From a virus: a DNA stretch of 48,617 nt. How positions within the stretch are numbered: the first letter of the stretch is position 1; each line of letters opens with the position of its first letter. The notes beneath the pieces are model-generated. The model was not told the origin of the DNA. It made no database searches and saw nothing but the letters and a program-made list of their open reading frames with translations. The position numbers were made by a program, and so were the translations under genes. The DNA lies in the IMG/VR virus record IMGVR_UViG_3300019458_000022. One strand, 5' to 3'. Shown here piece by piece: positions 36,833 through 45,268 of the stretch.

Positions 36833-37255
36833 ATGTACGTGAACGGGACCTTGAAGGTGGCGGGCGCGCTCGGGAACCCGACCGTTCTCGGCGCTCGCCG
36901 TTCTCGGATCGGACAGGCTCCCTCCGAGAACGCCGGAACCATCGTCCCGAAGGTAGGACCGTTCGGATTGGCGCCGTTGCCTACGGGCCTGATCTTCATC
37001 GCGGGCGGAGCCGTCGCCGGAATCCTCGGGACCTATTGGAGCCGCCGACGCACGACGATCCTCGGCAAGAAGGTCTCCACGTTCTGGAACTTGCAGTTCG
37101 GCACCGGCGGAATCGGGATAGCGATGGCATGGCTCGCCGCGTTTCCCATGATCCTGACCGGCGCCGGGTATATCGTCCTTCATTTATTCATGAAGTACGG
37201 ACTTGGGGAGTTGGAGAAGGCCGCAGCCGCTCCCGCTCCAAAAACCCAGGGATGA
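36833..37255 (+). CDS. MY-start protein with two TM segments
   Basis: MYVNG...ALG..VLG..RIGQ. Confidence 0.7.
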   Translation: MYVNGTLKVAGALGNPTVLGARRSRIGQAPSENAGTIVPKVGPFGLAPLPTGLIFIAGGAVAGILGTYWSRRRTTILGKKVSTFWNLQFGTGGIGIAMAWLAAFPMILTGAGYIVLHLFMKYGLGELEKAAAAPAPKTQG

Positions 37256-37278
37256 CAGTGTAGCGGAGTACGGGTATA

Positions 37279-37512
37279 ATGAAGGAACTCGCGGACTTCC
37301 TCCTCCAGTACGGATGGGTCGGCCTGTCCGTCATCCTGATGTTCGTCTGCGTTTTTCTCTACTTCCGGGCGGAGAAGAAGGAAAAAAAGATCTACGAGCT
37401 TTACGAGCGGAACGAGGCCAACTCCCTCAAGTACGCCGATGGGATGGAAAAGATGAGGCAGACGGTCGAAAGGCTGCTCCTGCAAGGCGGAAGAGGGACC
37501 GGTGCGCCATGA
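37279..37512 (+). CDS. Small single-TM protein, BhlA/UviB holin-like
   Basis: QYGWVGLSVILMFVCVFLYF followed by a charged coiled coil. Confidence 0.45.
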   Translation: MKELADFLLQYGWVGLSVILMFVCVFLYFRAEKKEKKIYELYERNEANSLKYADGMEKMRQTVERLLLQGGRGTGAP

Positions 37513-37946
37513 TGAAAAAACATCGAACGGATTTCCCGTCGCCTTCCCAGAAGAAGTTCGAGGAAGCGACCGAGCGTGCGCAGAGGACACTGGACATGGC
37601 GGAGAAGGCTCTCGAAGGACACCCGATCCCGCACAAGGCGGTGATCGTGTCGAAGGACAAGGCGTACCGGGACGCCTCCAGGGCGGCGCTGGCCGACCGG
37701 TCGGACTACGAGATCGTGGCCGTGGACCCGGACGAGGCCATCGAGCCCGTCCTCAAGGGAAGCGTGAACGTGGTCTTCCTTCTGGACTACAACGAACGCC
37801 ACCTGGAAGCTCTCTCGAAGTGCGTGGCCAAGAAGGTGATCGCGGTAGCTTCTGAAGACGACACGCAGCGCGCGTGGCTTCACGATCTCAGGGCGATCGT
37901 CGTCAAGACGCCTCTTTCTCCGGAGATGATGAAGCTCGCGTTTTAG
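37509..37946 (+). CDS. Divergent response-regulator receiver (CheY-like) protein
   Basis: beta/alpha pattern KAVIVSKD...VVFLLDY...VIAVAS...IVVKTP. Confidence 0.45.
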   Translation: MMKKHRTDFPSPSQKKFEEATERAQRTLDMAEKALEGHPIPHKAVIVSKDKAYRDASRAALADRSDYEIVAVDPDEAIEPVLKGSVNVVFLLDYNERHLEALSKCVAKKVIAVASEDDTQRAWLHDLRAIVVKTPLSPEMMKLAF

Positions 37947-37964
37947 GAATTCGAGGGAATCGCC

Positions 37965-38780
37965 ATGTACGTCAGCCTCGCTGGAACGTCCCGGATGGGG
38001 GCGCTCGGCCGGACCTATCCGGAAGAGATCGAATCGACGATCCGTAACATCGGCATGTCGCTCGATCTCATCATGGACTCGACGCTCAACCTGCCCCCGG
38101 GCGAGCAGAAGGGAGTGATCGAGAAGGTTCGCTCGCTCAACGCGCAACTGACGAATGAGATCGTCGTCCCGAGCGACCAACTTTCGGACGAAGAAGCGAA
38201 ACACCGGCTCTGGAAGATCTCCACCGACCTCTTCGCTCTCGAAGGGATCTTCCGCAAGGCCGGGGTCGAACTGAAGCCGCTTCCGATGGAGCCGACCACG
38301 ACCGGTACCGCGACGATTCCGCGGGCCGACGCGAAGGCCCTGTCCGACCGGTACAAGGAGGCATTCACGCTCTTCCCGAACCTCCAGAATCGCTGGCCGC
38401 CGATGCGGGCGTTCGCGGTCAAGATGGCGCCCCTGCCTTTCATCGGCCCGCTCTTCGTCGCGCTCACGAACGCGATCGACCAGCGGATGAAATGGCTGGA
38501 CAACAACCTTCTTCCGGTGGACAAGCTCATCAATGATCTCAAGGTCCAGATCGACGCCGGGACCGACCCCATCCGCTTCGACCGGAACGCCTTCGACCGG
38601 CTTCGTACGTGGATCGGGTCCGTGTTCTCGATGGAGGACAAGATCAAGCGCCTGGAAGGCGAGTTCCTGAAGAAGGCAGATCCCTACAAGGCGCCGATCC
38701 CCTGGGGAAAGATCGGCCTCGTGGCCGCGGGGACCACCGTGTTCGTAGGAGGTCTCTGGTATCTCCTCAAGAGGGCGTAA
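37965..38780 (+). CDS. MY-start helical protein with C-terminal TM
   Basis: MYVSLAG...MGALGR; IPWGKIGLVAAG-TM-KR. Confidence 0.7.
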   Translation: MYVSLAGTSRMGALGRTYPEEIESTIRNIGMSLDLIMDSTLNLPPGEQKGVIEKVRSLNAQLTNEIVVPSDQLSDEEAKHRLWKISTDLFALEGIFRKAGVELKPLPMEPTTTGTATIPRADAKALSDRYKEAFTLFPNLQNRWPPMRAFAVKMAPLPFIGPLFVALTNAIDQRMKWLDNNLLPVDKLINDLKVQIDAGTDPIRFDRNAFDRLRTWIGSVFSMEDKIKRLEGEFLKKADPYKAPIPWGKIGLVAAGTTVFVGGLWYLLKRA

Positions 38781-38792
38781 GGAGAGGTCATC

Positions 38793-39626
38793 ATGTGGAG
38801 CCGAGAGATCGTCTGGGGCAAGTGGGTCCCGCCGGATGTGAAGGCGGCGCTCTGGCAGTCCCCGGCCGAGATCTACACGCCCTTCAATTACGTGAGCGGA
38901 CTGGGCGCGAGGCGCCCCCTGACCAGGGCTCCATGGGCCTACGGTTTCAGAGAAGTCCGTCCGGAACACGCGAAAGTGGCGAGACTGCTTGCGCAGGCGC
39001 GCGGGCAACTGACGAAAGAGAACTACGACGCCGCGCTCGAAATCGCCTATCGGGCCGAGAAGCTGGCCCACCGTTCTGGACTGGTCGATGTCCTCGACGA
39101 GATCCGGGACGTGATCGACGAGGCCGAAACCTCGGAGGCTCTCCTCATGGGGCTTGGCGGCCTGGGTGCCGAGGTCACGGAGACCCAGATCCGCCGGGCT
39201 CTCGATACCGCGCGCGAGAAGGCCGCGGAGGGCCAGGTCGGATCGGCGATCTCCTTCGGGCGGCAGGCGCTCGACATGGCCTATGAAGGGGGGTTCCAGG
39301 ATCTGGAGGAAGAAGCGCGCAGTTTCCTGATCCGGGAGGTCCATCCGTCGCATGTGGACGGCGTGGGGGTCGGAGCGCTTCTCTCCGTGATCCACGATCG
39401 CCATGCGCGACTCGTCTGCGCCGATGCCTGGGAAGGACCCATGGCGTTCCGCGAGTACCTCGAAGAGGCGGCTCCTGGATTCGAGAGCGGGCGTTACCAC
39501 GTCGCCTATTTCGGCGCCGATGCCGACAGCGCCTACCGGGTCATGAAGGACGTCGAGGAGGCTTTCGATGCCGCCCCCGTCCTAGACCCGATCGCCCGCG
39601 ACATGCTCTACGGAGCCGTGACCTAA
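38793..39626 (+). CDS. Hypothetical helical protein
   Basis: 277 aa; domains separated by SGLG, MGLGGLG and DGVG. Confidence 0.7.
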   Translation: MWSREIVWGKWVPPDVKAALWQSPAEIYTPFNYVSGLGARRPLTRAPWAYGFREVRPEHAKVARLLAQARGQLTKENYDAALEIAYRAEKLAHRSGLVDVLDEIRDVIDEAETSEALLMGLGGLGAEVTETQIRRALDTAREKAAEGQVGSAISFGRQALDMAYEGGFQDLEEEARSFLIREVHPSHVDGVGVGALLSVIHDRHARLVCADAWEGPMAFREYLEEAAPGFESGRYHVAYFGADADSAYRVMKDVEEAFDAAPVLDPIARDMLYGAVT

Positions 39627-39638
39627 AGAGAGGAAGCT

Positions 39639-40214
39639 ATGTACGTCGGCGACGAACCGGCCAGGAAAAAGAGCTTCTGCGGGAGGCATCCCGACGCGGA
39701 GTTCATGGGGAAGGCGCCGGAGGAGCAGTTCCTGGGCGGAGACCTTCTCGTCATCGAGGGTCTAGACCATCTGAACGAGGTCGGACAGCCGATCGGCCCC
39801 TACGAGCCCGACTACCGTCCGGACCTGGTTCCCTGGGTGACCAAGCCGTCCACGAACCATTTCGCGGCCTATCGGAGGGCCAAGGACGGCCGCTACTGGG
39901 GGCCCGGAAACCAGTATCTCCCTGGATTTCCCCCGGCCCATCTCTATCCGGAATGCGACATCTGGCCGGAAAGCGCGATCGCTGGCATCCACGGCATCGA
40001 CGACCTCGGACTTCATGAGGAGGCTGAGCAGGAACGGGCTCTCGCGATCGCGAAGAGCCAGTATCGGGTCGCCAAGGACGCGAAGACGAGAGGGCAGATG
40101 GAGATATTCAACGAGCAGGTCGGCTTCCTGAGAGGCGTGAAACGACTCGCGGAAGTCGAAGGGGCGGCGCGGCTTGAGACCGAAGTCCACCGGATGATCC
40201 AGGACTTGGGGTGA
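39639..40214 (+). CDS. MY-start hypothetical protein
   Basis: MYVGD; PDAEFMG, PEEQFLG. Confidence 0.7.
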   Translation: MYVGDEPARKKSFCGRHPDAEFMGKAPEEQFLGGDLLVIEGLDHLNEVGQPIGPYEPDYRPDLVPWVTKPSTNHFAAYRRAKDGRYWGPGNQYLPGFPPAHLYPECDIWPESAIAGIHGIDDLGLHEEAEQERALAIAKSQYRVAKDAKTRGQMEIFNEQVGFLRGVKRLAEVEGAARLETEVHRMIQDLG

Positions 40215-40218
40215 AGCG

Positions 40219-40488
40219 ATGTCCTTGGGATTTCATTTGGCCTACGAACGCGAACGGGCCTGGGACAGAGCGAGGGTCTACTACGACAATGCCGTCCAGG
40301 CCGTCGCGATGGACTTGCCGAATCAGGAGGAAACGGTCTTCAAGGCCCTTGGCTACGTCCAGGCGATTCTCGACGCGATGAGCGATCTTGAAGATGTCGA
40401 TCCCAGGGAGGAGGATGCGGTAGCCGATTTCCAGGAGGATCTGACGGATCTCATCCGCTACCTCCGAGCATTCGTTAAAGCCTCCTGA
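40219..40488 (+). CDS. Small acidic helical protein
   Basis: 89 aa, in operon. Confidence 0.6.
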   Translation: MSLGFHLAYERERAWDRARVYYDNAVQAVAMDLPNQEETVFKALGYVQAILDAMSDLEDVDPREEDAVADFQEDLTDLIRYLRAFVKAS

Positions 40489-40519
40489 TCTTTGCGGTGT
40501 GTTTTTTCGTGGAGGTCGT

Positions 40520-40960
40520 ATGAAGAAGGGCGCATGGGTCGCGTTCCTGGTGCTGGTGATGGCTGGGATGGGCTGGGCAGTCGTCCAGAACGCCGCTCCT
40601 CCGGCCGCGGAAGCCCAACCGCTCGCGAACACCCTGGGGCTCAAGGGGCTCGTCAAGGGTCTCCTCATCGGGGCCGTTGTCGGGGCTCTCGTCGCTCTCG
40701 CGGGATGGGCGAAGGACAAAGACAAGAAGCAGTGGGATTGGGACCAGGCCGCCCCGACCCTCATCTGGGGCGCGATCGTGGGAGCCCTTGCGGGCATGGG
40801 CCAGAAGGACATCGGGGACCTTGACGCGCTCAAGGACAACGCGGCCTACGTGATCATCGCCGAGCTTCTCGGGAAGGTCGGCTTCCGGAAGGGCGCGCCG
40901 GTCATCGGGAACGTCGTTGCGACGTTCCTGGGAAAGAAACCGGAGGCGCCAAAGTCGTAA
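40520..40960 (+). CDS. Multi-TM membrane protein (possible holin)
   Basis: GGAGG before MKKGAW; signal-like N-terminus and further hydrophobic segments. Confidence 0.6.
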   Translation: MKKGAWVAFLVLVMAGMGWAVVQNAAPPAAEAQPLANTLGLKGLVKGLLIGAVVGALVALAGWAKDKDKKQWDWDQAAPTLIWGAIVGALAGMGQKDIGDLDALKDNAAYVIIAELLGKVGFRKGAPVIGNVVATFLGKKPEAPKS

Positions 40961-41033
40961 ACCCGAATCCCCGTTAGGAGCAAACGATGCCTGGGGGAAT
41001 GGGCGTGAGTTCCCCCAGGCATTTTTAGATCGG

Positions 41034-41279
41034 ATGTATCTGGCTCAGTTGGTCATGGCGCCCAATCGGCCCTCGATCCTGGTCGGCGCAAAAAGCATCG
41101 GCCCGGAGATCAAGGAGGCGTTGCCCTATTTCATAAAACCGGTCGAGCAACTAGGGCCGAAAGAGCTTTACTGGGAGATCCAGGAGATCCGTCCCATCGG
41201 AGGCGTCGGAAATTCCGATGTGGATGATCTCATCGAGTTCTCGGATCTTGTCGGTCTGGAATTCACGGAATGGCCGTAA
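41034..41279 (+). CDS. MY-start small protein
   Basis: MYLAQ; 81 aa; weak RBS. Confidence 0.45.
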   Translation: MYLAQLVMAPNRPSILVGAKSIGPEIKEALPYFIKPVEQLGPKELYWEIQEIRPIGGVGNSDVDDLIEFSDLVGLEFTEWP

Positions 41280-41313
41280 TTCGCGGAGAGATGGTTAAGC
41301 CCGTCGCAAGAAC

Positions 41314-43242
41314 ATGACCGTCAGGAAGAGTGACTTCTTCACAACGTTTCCTTCCTTCACCGGACCTTTCGGCGCAACCGGAGTCCAGGGAGAAACGGGT
41401 CTTCAAGGAGAGACCGGAATCCAGGGCGAGACCGGAGCCCAAGGAGTTCAAGGAGAGACCGGGATCGGAGTCCAGGGCGCAACCGGAGTCCAAGGTCAGA
41501 CCGGCATTCAAGGGCTGACGGGCGCTCAAGGCATTCAAGGTGAAACCGGGCTCACGGGCGTGACCGGTGTTCAAGGTGAGACGGGCGTTCAGGGCCAGAC
41601 CGGGGTCCAGGGCATCACCGGTGTTCAAGGTGTTACCGGCGCCCAAGGCCAGACAGGGGTCCAGGGTCAGACCGGAGTTCAGGGCCAGACTGGAGTTCAG
41701 GGCGTCACAGGCGCTCAGGGCCAGACGGGAGTCCAAGGACAAACCGGAGTCCAGGGTCAAACGGGCGTTCAAGGTCAGACCGGAGTCCAGGGCCAGACTG
41801 GAGTTCAGGGCGTCACAGGCGCTCAGGGCCAGACGGGAGTCCAAGGCCAGACCGGAGTCCAAGGCCAAACCGGCGTTCAGGGACAAACCGGAGTCCAGGG
41901 TCAAACGGGAGTTCAAGGTCAGACCGGAGTCCAGGGCCAGACCGGAGTTCAAGGACAAACCGGAGTCCAAGGCCAGACCGGAGTCCAAGGCCAAACCGGC
42001 GTTCAGGGACAAACCGGAGTCCAGGGTCAAACGGGCGTTCAAGGTCAGACCGGAGTCCAGGGCCAGACTGGAGTTCAGGGCGTCACAGGCGCTCAGGGCC
42101 AGACGGGAGTCCAAGGCCAAACCGGCGTTCAGGGGCAGACGGGAGTTCAAGGACAAACCGGAGTCCAGGGTCAAACGGGACTTCAAGGTCAGACCGGAGT
42201 CCAGGGCCAGACCGGAGTTCAAGGACAAACCGGAGTCCAAGGCCAGACCGGAGTCCAAGGCCAAACCGGCGTTCAGGGACAAACCGGAGTCCAGGGACAA
42301 ACGGGCGTCCAAGGCCAAACCGGAGTCCAGGGTCAGACCGGAGTTCAAGGACAAACCGGAGTCCAAGGCCAAACCGGCGTTCAGGGGCAGACGGGAGTTC
42401 AGGGACAAACGGGCGTCCAAGGCCAAACCGGAGTCCAGGGCCAGACGGGAGTTCAAGGACAAACCGGCGTTCAGGGACAAACGGGCGTCCAAGGCCAAAC
42501 CGGAGTCCAGGGCCAGACGGGAGTTCAGGGACAAACGGGCGTCCAAGGCCAAACCGGCGTTCGGGGACAAACCGGCGTCCAGGGCCAGACTGGGGTTCAA
42601 GGTCAAACGGGCGTTCGGGGCCAGACCGGCGTCCAGGGCCAGACGGGAGTTCAAGGACAAACCGGCGTCCAAGGACAGACAGGAGTCCAAGGTCAAACGG
42701 GCGTTCAAGGCCAGACTGGACTTCAGGGCCCGACCGGACCATCAAGTGTTCGATTCCTGTTCTATGCCGATCAACTTGATAATCCTGATACTTCCGATTG
42801 GGCGGTCAACTCACTTGCTCCGGCGAATACGGAAACCGGTCTCACGGCTCTCACGGTCAGATCGTTCGACGACACGGCGGAAGAGGGCGTCGGTTTCATC
42901 TTCAGCATTCCGACCGGGCTTTCAAACTACAAGATAACCTTCAAGTCGCGCGCACGGACTGCGCCCGCGGCGGCGAGGAGAGTCGGTCTCCGACTTTACC
43001 ATCGGGAAATCCCGGACAATGCGGTAGTTTCCGGATGGACGAACATGCAGCTTACGGATATCGACATCCCGGCCAACATCTTCTTCCAGTACGACGGCCA
43101 AACGCTGGCGTTCACGGACTTCAATCCGGACCTCGTGGCAGGGCGACTCTATCAGTTTGAGCTTACGCGCATCGACCCATCGACAGGTACCGATCTTGAA
43201 GGTGACTGGGATCTTCTCGAACTCGGCATCGAGTTGACCTAA
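41314..43242 (+). CDS. Collagen-like fibre/spike protein with C-terminal globular domain
   Basis: About 150 Gly-X-Y triplets dominated by GVQ-GQT, then a beta-rich domain of about 165 aa. Confidence 0.9.
   Translation: MTVRKSDFFTTFPSFTGPFGATGVQGETGLQGETGIQGETGAQGVQGETGIGVQGATGVQGQTGIQGLTGAQGIQGETGLTGVTGVQGETGVQGQTGVQGITGVQGVTGAQGQTGVQGQTGVQGQTGVQGVTGAQGQTGVQGQTGVQGQTGVQGQTGVQGQTGVQGVTGAQGQTGVQGQTGVQGQTGVQGQTGVQGQTGVQGQTGVQGQTGVQGQTGVQGQTGVQGQTGVQGQTGVQGQTGVQGQTGVQGQTGVQGVTGAQGQTGVQGQTGVQGQTGVQGQTGVQGQTGLQGQTGVQGQTGVQGQTGVQGQTGVQGQTGVQGQTGVQGQTGVQGQTGVQGQTGVQGQTGVQGQTGVQGQTGVQGQTGVQGQTGVQGQTGVQGQTGVQGQTGVQGQTGVQGQTGVQGQTGVQGQTGVRGQTGVQGQTGVQGQTGVRGQTGVQGQTGVQGQTGVQGQTGVQGQTGVQGQTGLQGPTGPSSVRFLFYADQLDNPDTSDWAVNSLAPANTETGLTALTVRSFDDTAEEGVGFIFSIPTGLSNYKITFKSRARTAPAAARRVGLRLYHREIPDNAVVSGWTNMQLTDIDIPANIFFQYDGQTLAFTDFNPDLVAGRLYQFELTRIDPSTGTDLEGDWDLLELGIELT
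41371..42745 (+). repeat. Degenerate 18-bp tandem repeat encoding GVQGQT
   Basis: Units such as ggagtccagggccagacc with synonymous variation. Confidence 0.9.
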
Positions 43243-43261
43243 GGGAGAACGGAGCCGGTTT

Positions 43262-43972
43262 ATGGCCATGGAGTTCGCGAACAATGGAGGTGCGCAGACT
43301 CTGGCGAGCGTCGCTTCGCTGCCCGTTCCTGCCGCCACGGCAAGCTTCGCATTCTGGGTGAACATGACCTCCCTTGTCGCCAACATCCGGCGGTTCATGG
43401 GGTCGGCAACAAATTTCGAGATCCGGGCTGGAAATGCCGCCGGTACGACGCCTCCGGGGATCGTCGTGAACGATCTTTTCAACGACTCGGACGGCGCCAT
43501 GGCCGCGACCGCGCTAGTGACCGGACAGTGGTTCCATGTCGTCGGCACAGGAGAGTTGACCGGAGGCAACTCAATCACGGATGTTTACATAAACGGGGTC
43601 CTTAACGGAGGACCGACCACCGTGGTCGGGAGCGCGACTGCCGCGGGAACCTTCACGATAGGGAATCGCACCGGGATGGCCAGCAGCGAGGGGCTGAACG
43701 GAATCCTGGACGACGTTCGGGTGTACAACCGCCGCCTCTCGGCCGCGGAGGTCCGGACGATCCATGCCGCGCGCGGAGTGGACGGAATCGTCGATGGTCT
43801 GATCGCGAGGGTCCTGTTTGGCGAAGGTCCAAGAGGAAGTTCTCCTAGCGGCGCCGGGTTCGTCAAGGACGTGAGCAACAATAAGATCAACTACACACCG
43901 ACCGGCAGCCCGGTCTACAGGGAATCCATTCTCCGCTTCAGACGGAAGCTCATGCAGGCGGGGGTCATGTAA
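43262..43972 (+). CDS. LamG / concanavalin-A-like domain protein
   Basis: SFAFWVN, GQWFHVVGT, VYING, TIG, LNGILDDVRVYNRRLSAAEV. Confidence 0.85.
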   Translation: MAMEFANNGGAQTLASVASLPVPAATASFAFWVNMTSLVANIRRFMGSATNFEIRAGNAAGTTPPGIVVNDLFNDSDGAMAATALVTGQWFHVVGTGELTGGNSITDVYINGVLNGGPTTVVGSATAAGTFTIGNRTGMASSEGLNGILDDVRVYNRRLSAAEVRTIHAARGVDGIVDGLIARVLFGEGPRGSSPSGAGFVKDVSNNKINYTPTGSPVYRESILRFRRKLMQAGVM

Positions 43973-45249
43973 TGGGTGCGGTGCTCAATAGAACGACGAA
44001 GGAATACCTGACGAGCGTCAACGAACCGGACTTCCCGGTCGCTCAGTGGGTCATCAACCCGGACGTGCTCGCCCTACAGCTTGCGGGAGTTCCCACCCGT
44101 TACTGGAAGATCCTCCCCGGCGACATCGTCGTCGAGATGAATGCCGCCGAAAAGCAGGTGGTGGACGACTCCGTTCAGCGGATCAGGCTTCGGTCTTCTG
44201 CCGCGGCCGATTTCGACGGCGTCCCCGTCGTGAAGGCGAACGGCAAGGACGTCCACACGATCACGATCGACAAGCTCAACCTCGTGAATGCGGTCGTCGG
44301 TTCGGGCTCGGAGTCGCTCCGCGTCAACGCAAGCTCCCCCATCGCCGTCTCGGATTCCACGCCCGCCCTCGTCGCTGGTCTGGCGACGATCACGATCGGC
44401 CCCACGAAGCAGATGGGGGATATCATCCTCGCCTGCAAGGATTCGGCCGGAAATCTGATCACCGGAGAGCTTACGGTCCGGTTCCGTTCGGTTCAGACTT
44501 TTCCGGAAGGACCGCTTGCGCCATTCGCGATCTTCGGGGCGCGTCTCAACAGCATTACGGCGAACACCGTGAGCATTGGGACCGCCGGTCAGCCGTCCGC
44601 GATGCGCGACCGGCAGAACGCCTTCGACATCATTTTCAGCGGAGTCCTTACGGCGGACATCACCGTGTCCGGAGCAAACGGACTTCAGACGGGCCTTGTC
44701 GAGCAGCCGAACACATGGTATGCGGTCCTCGTCATCGCGGACTCTACCGGAGTGAACCCGGTCGCTCTACTTCTCACGGACACGCCGAACAACCCGACGC
44801 TTCCTCCGGGTTACGACGTTTCCCGCCGGGTCGGCTGGGTAAGGAACAACGGATCAAGCAACTTCCTCTCGATGATCCAGACCGGCCGGGGATCGGTGCG
44901 TACGTACAACTACGACGTTCCAGTGGCCCAACTGATCGCGCTCTCGGGGGGGAACGCGACGGTTTTCACGGCGGTCAGCCTCGCGGCCCTCGTGCCGCCT
45001 TCATCGAGGATCGCGCTTGTTGGGATGAACCTGGTCACGGTGCTTGCGACGGACAGGGCCCGCATCCGGCCCACGGGGAGCACGGTCACGAATCCAGGCT
45101 TCATCTTCAGGCCCGGCCTCCTGTCGTCCGTGGGCGTGACCCTGACCATGGAGGTCGTCCTCAACGCGAACCAATCCCTGGATTACATTCTCGACAGCGC
45201 TACTGGAGCGCTTGACCTTGGAGTTCTCGGCTTTACGGACGAAATCTAA
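43972..45249 (+). CDS. Putative spike/fibre-associated structural protein
   Basis: beta-rich; GANGL...NTWYAVLVI...PTLPPGY...RRVGWVR resembles phage fibre proteins. Confidence 0.6.
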   Translation: MGAVLNRTTKEYLTSVNEPDFPVAQWVINPDVLALQLAGVPTRYWKILPGDIVVEMNAAEKQVVDDSVQRIRLRSSAAADFDGVPVVKANGKDVHTITIDKLNLVNAVVGSGSESLRVNASSPIAVSDSTPALVAGLATITIGPTKQMGDIILACKDSAGNLITGELTVRFRSVQTFPEGPLAPFAIFGARLNSITANTVSIGTAGQPSAMRDRQNAFDIIFSGVLTADITVSGANGLQTGLVEQPNTWYAVLVIADSTGVNPVALLLTDTPNNPTLPPGYDVSRRVGWVRNNGSSNFLSMIQTGRGSVRTYNYDVPVAQLIALSGGNATVFTAVSLAALVPPSSRIALVGMNLVTVLATDRARIRPTGSTVTNPGFIFRPGLLSSVGVTLTMEVVLNANQSLDYILDSATGALDLGVLGFTDEI

Positions 45250-45268
45250 AAGAGGAAGGAGAGGCGCG

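Noticed and set aside
37401-39500. 699-aa minus-strand ORF (and similar ones at 22587, 19858 and 45815)
   Set aside because: They overlap several well-formed plus-strand genes and show no domain motifs
41371-42745. Tandem repeats as a CRISPR array
   Set aside because: No unique spacers; it is an in-frame coding repeat
41263-42937. LDSGL-repeat (minus strand) and RPES-repeat (plus strand) ORFs
   Set aside because: Off-frame readings of the collagen repeat; third-position variation fits only the Gly-X-Y frame
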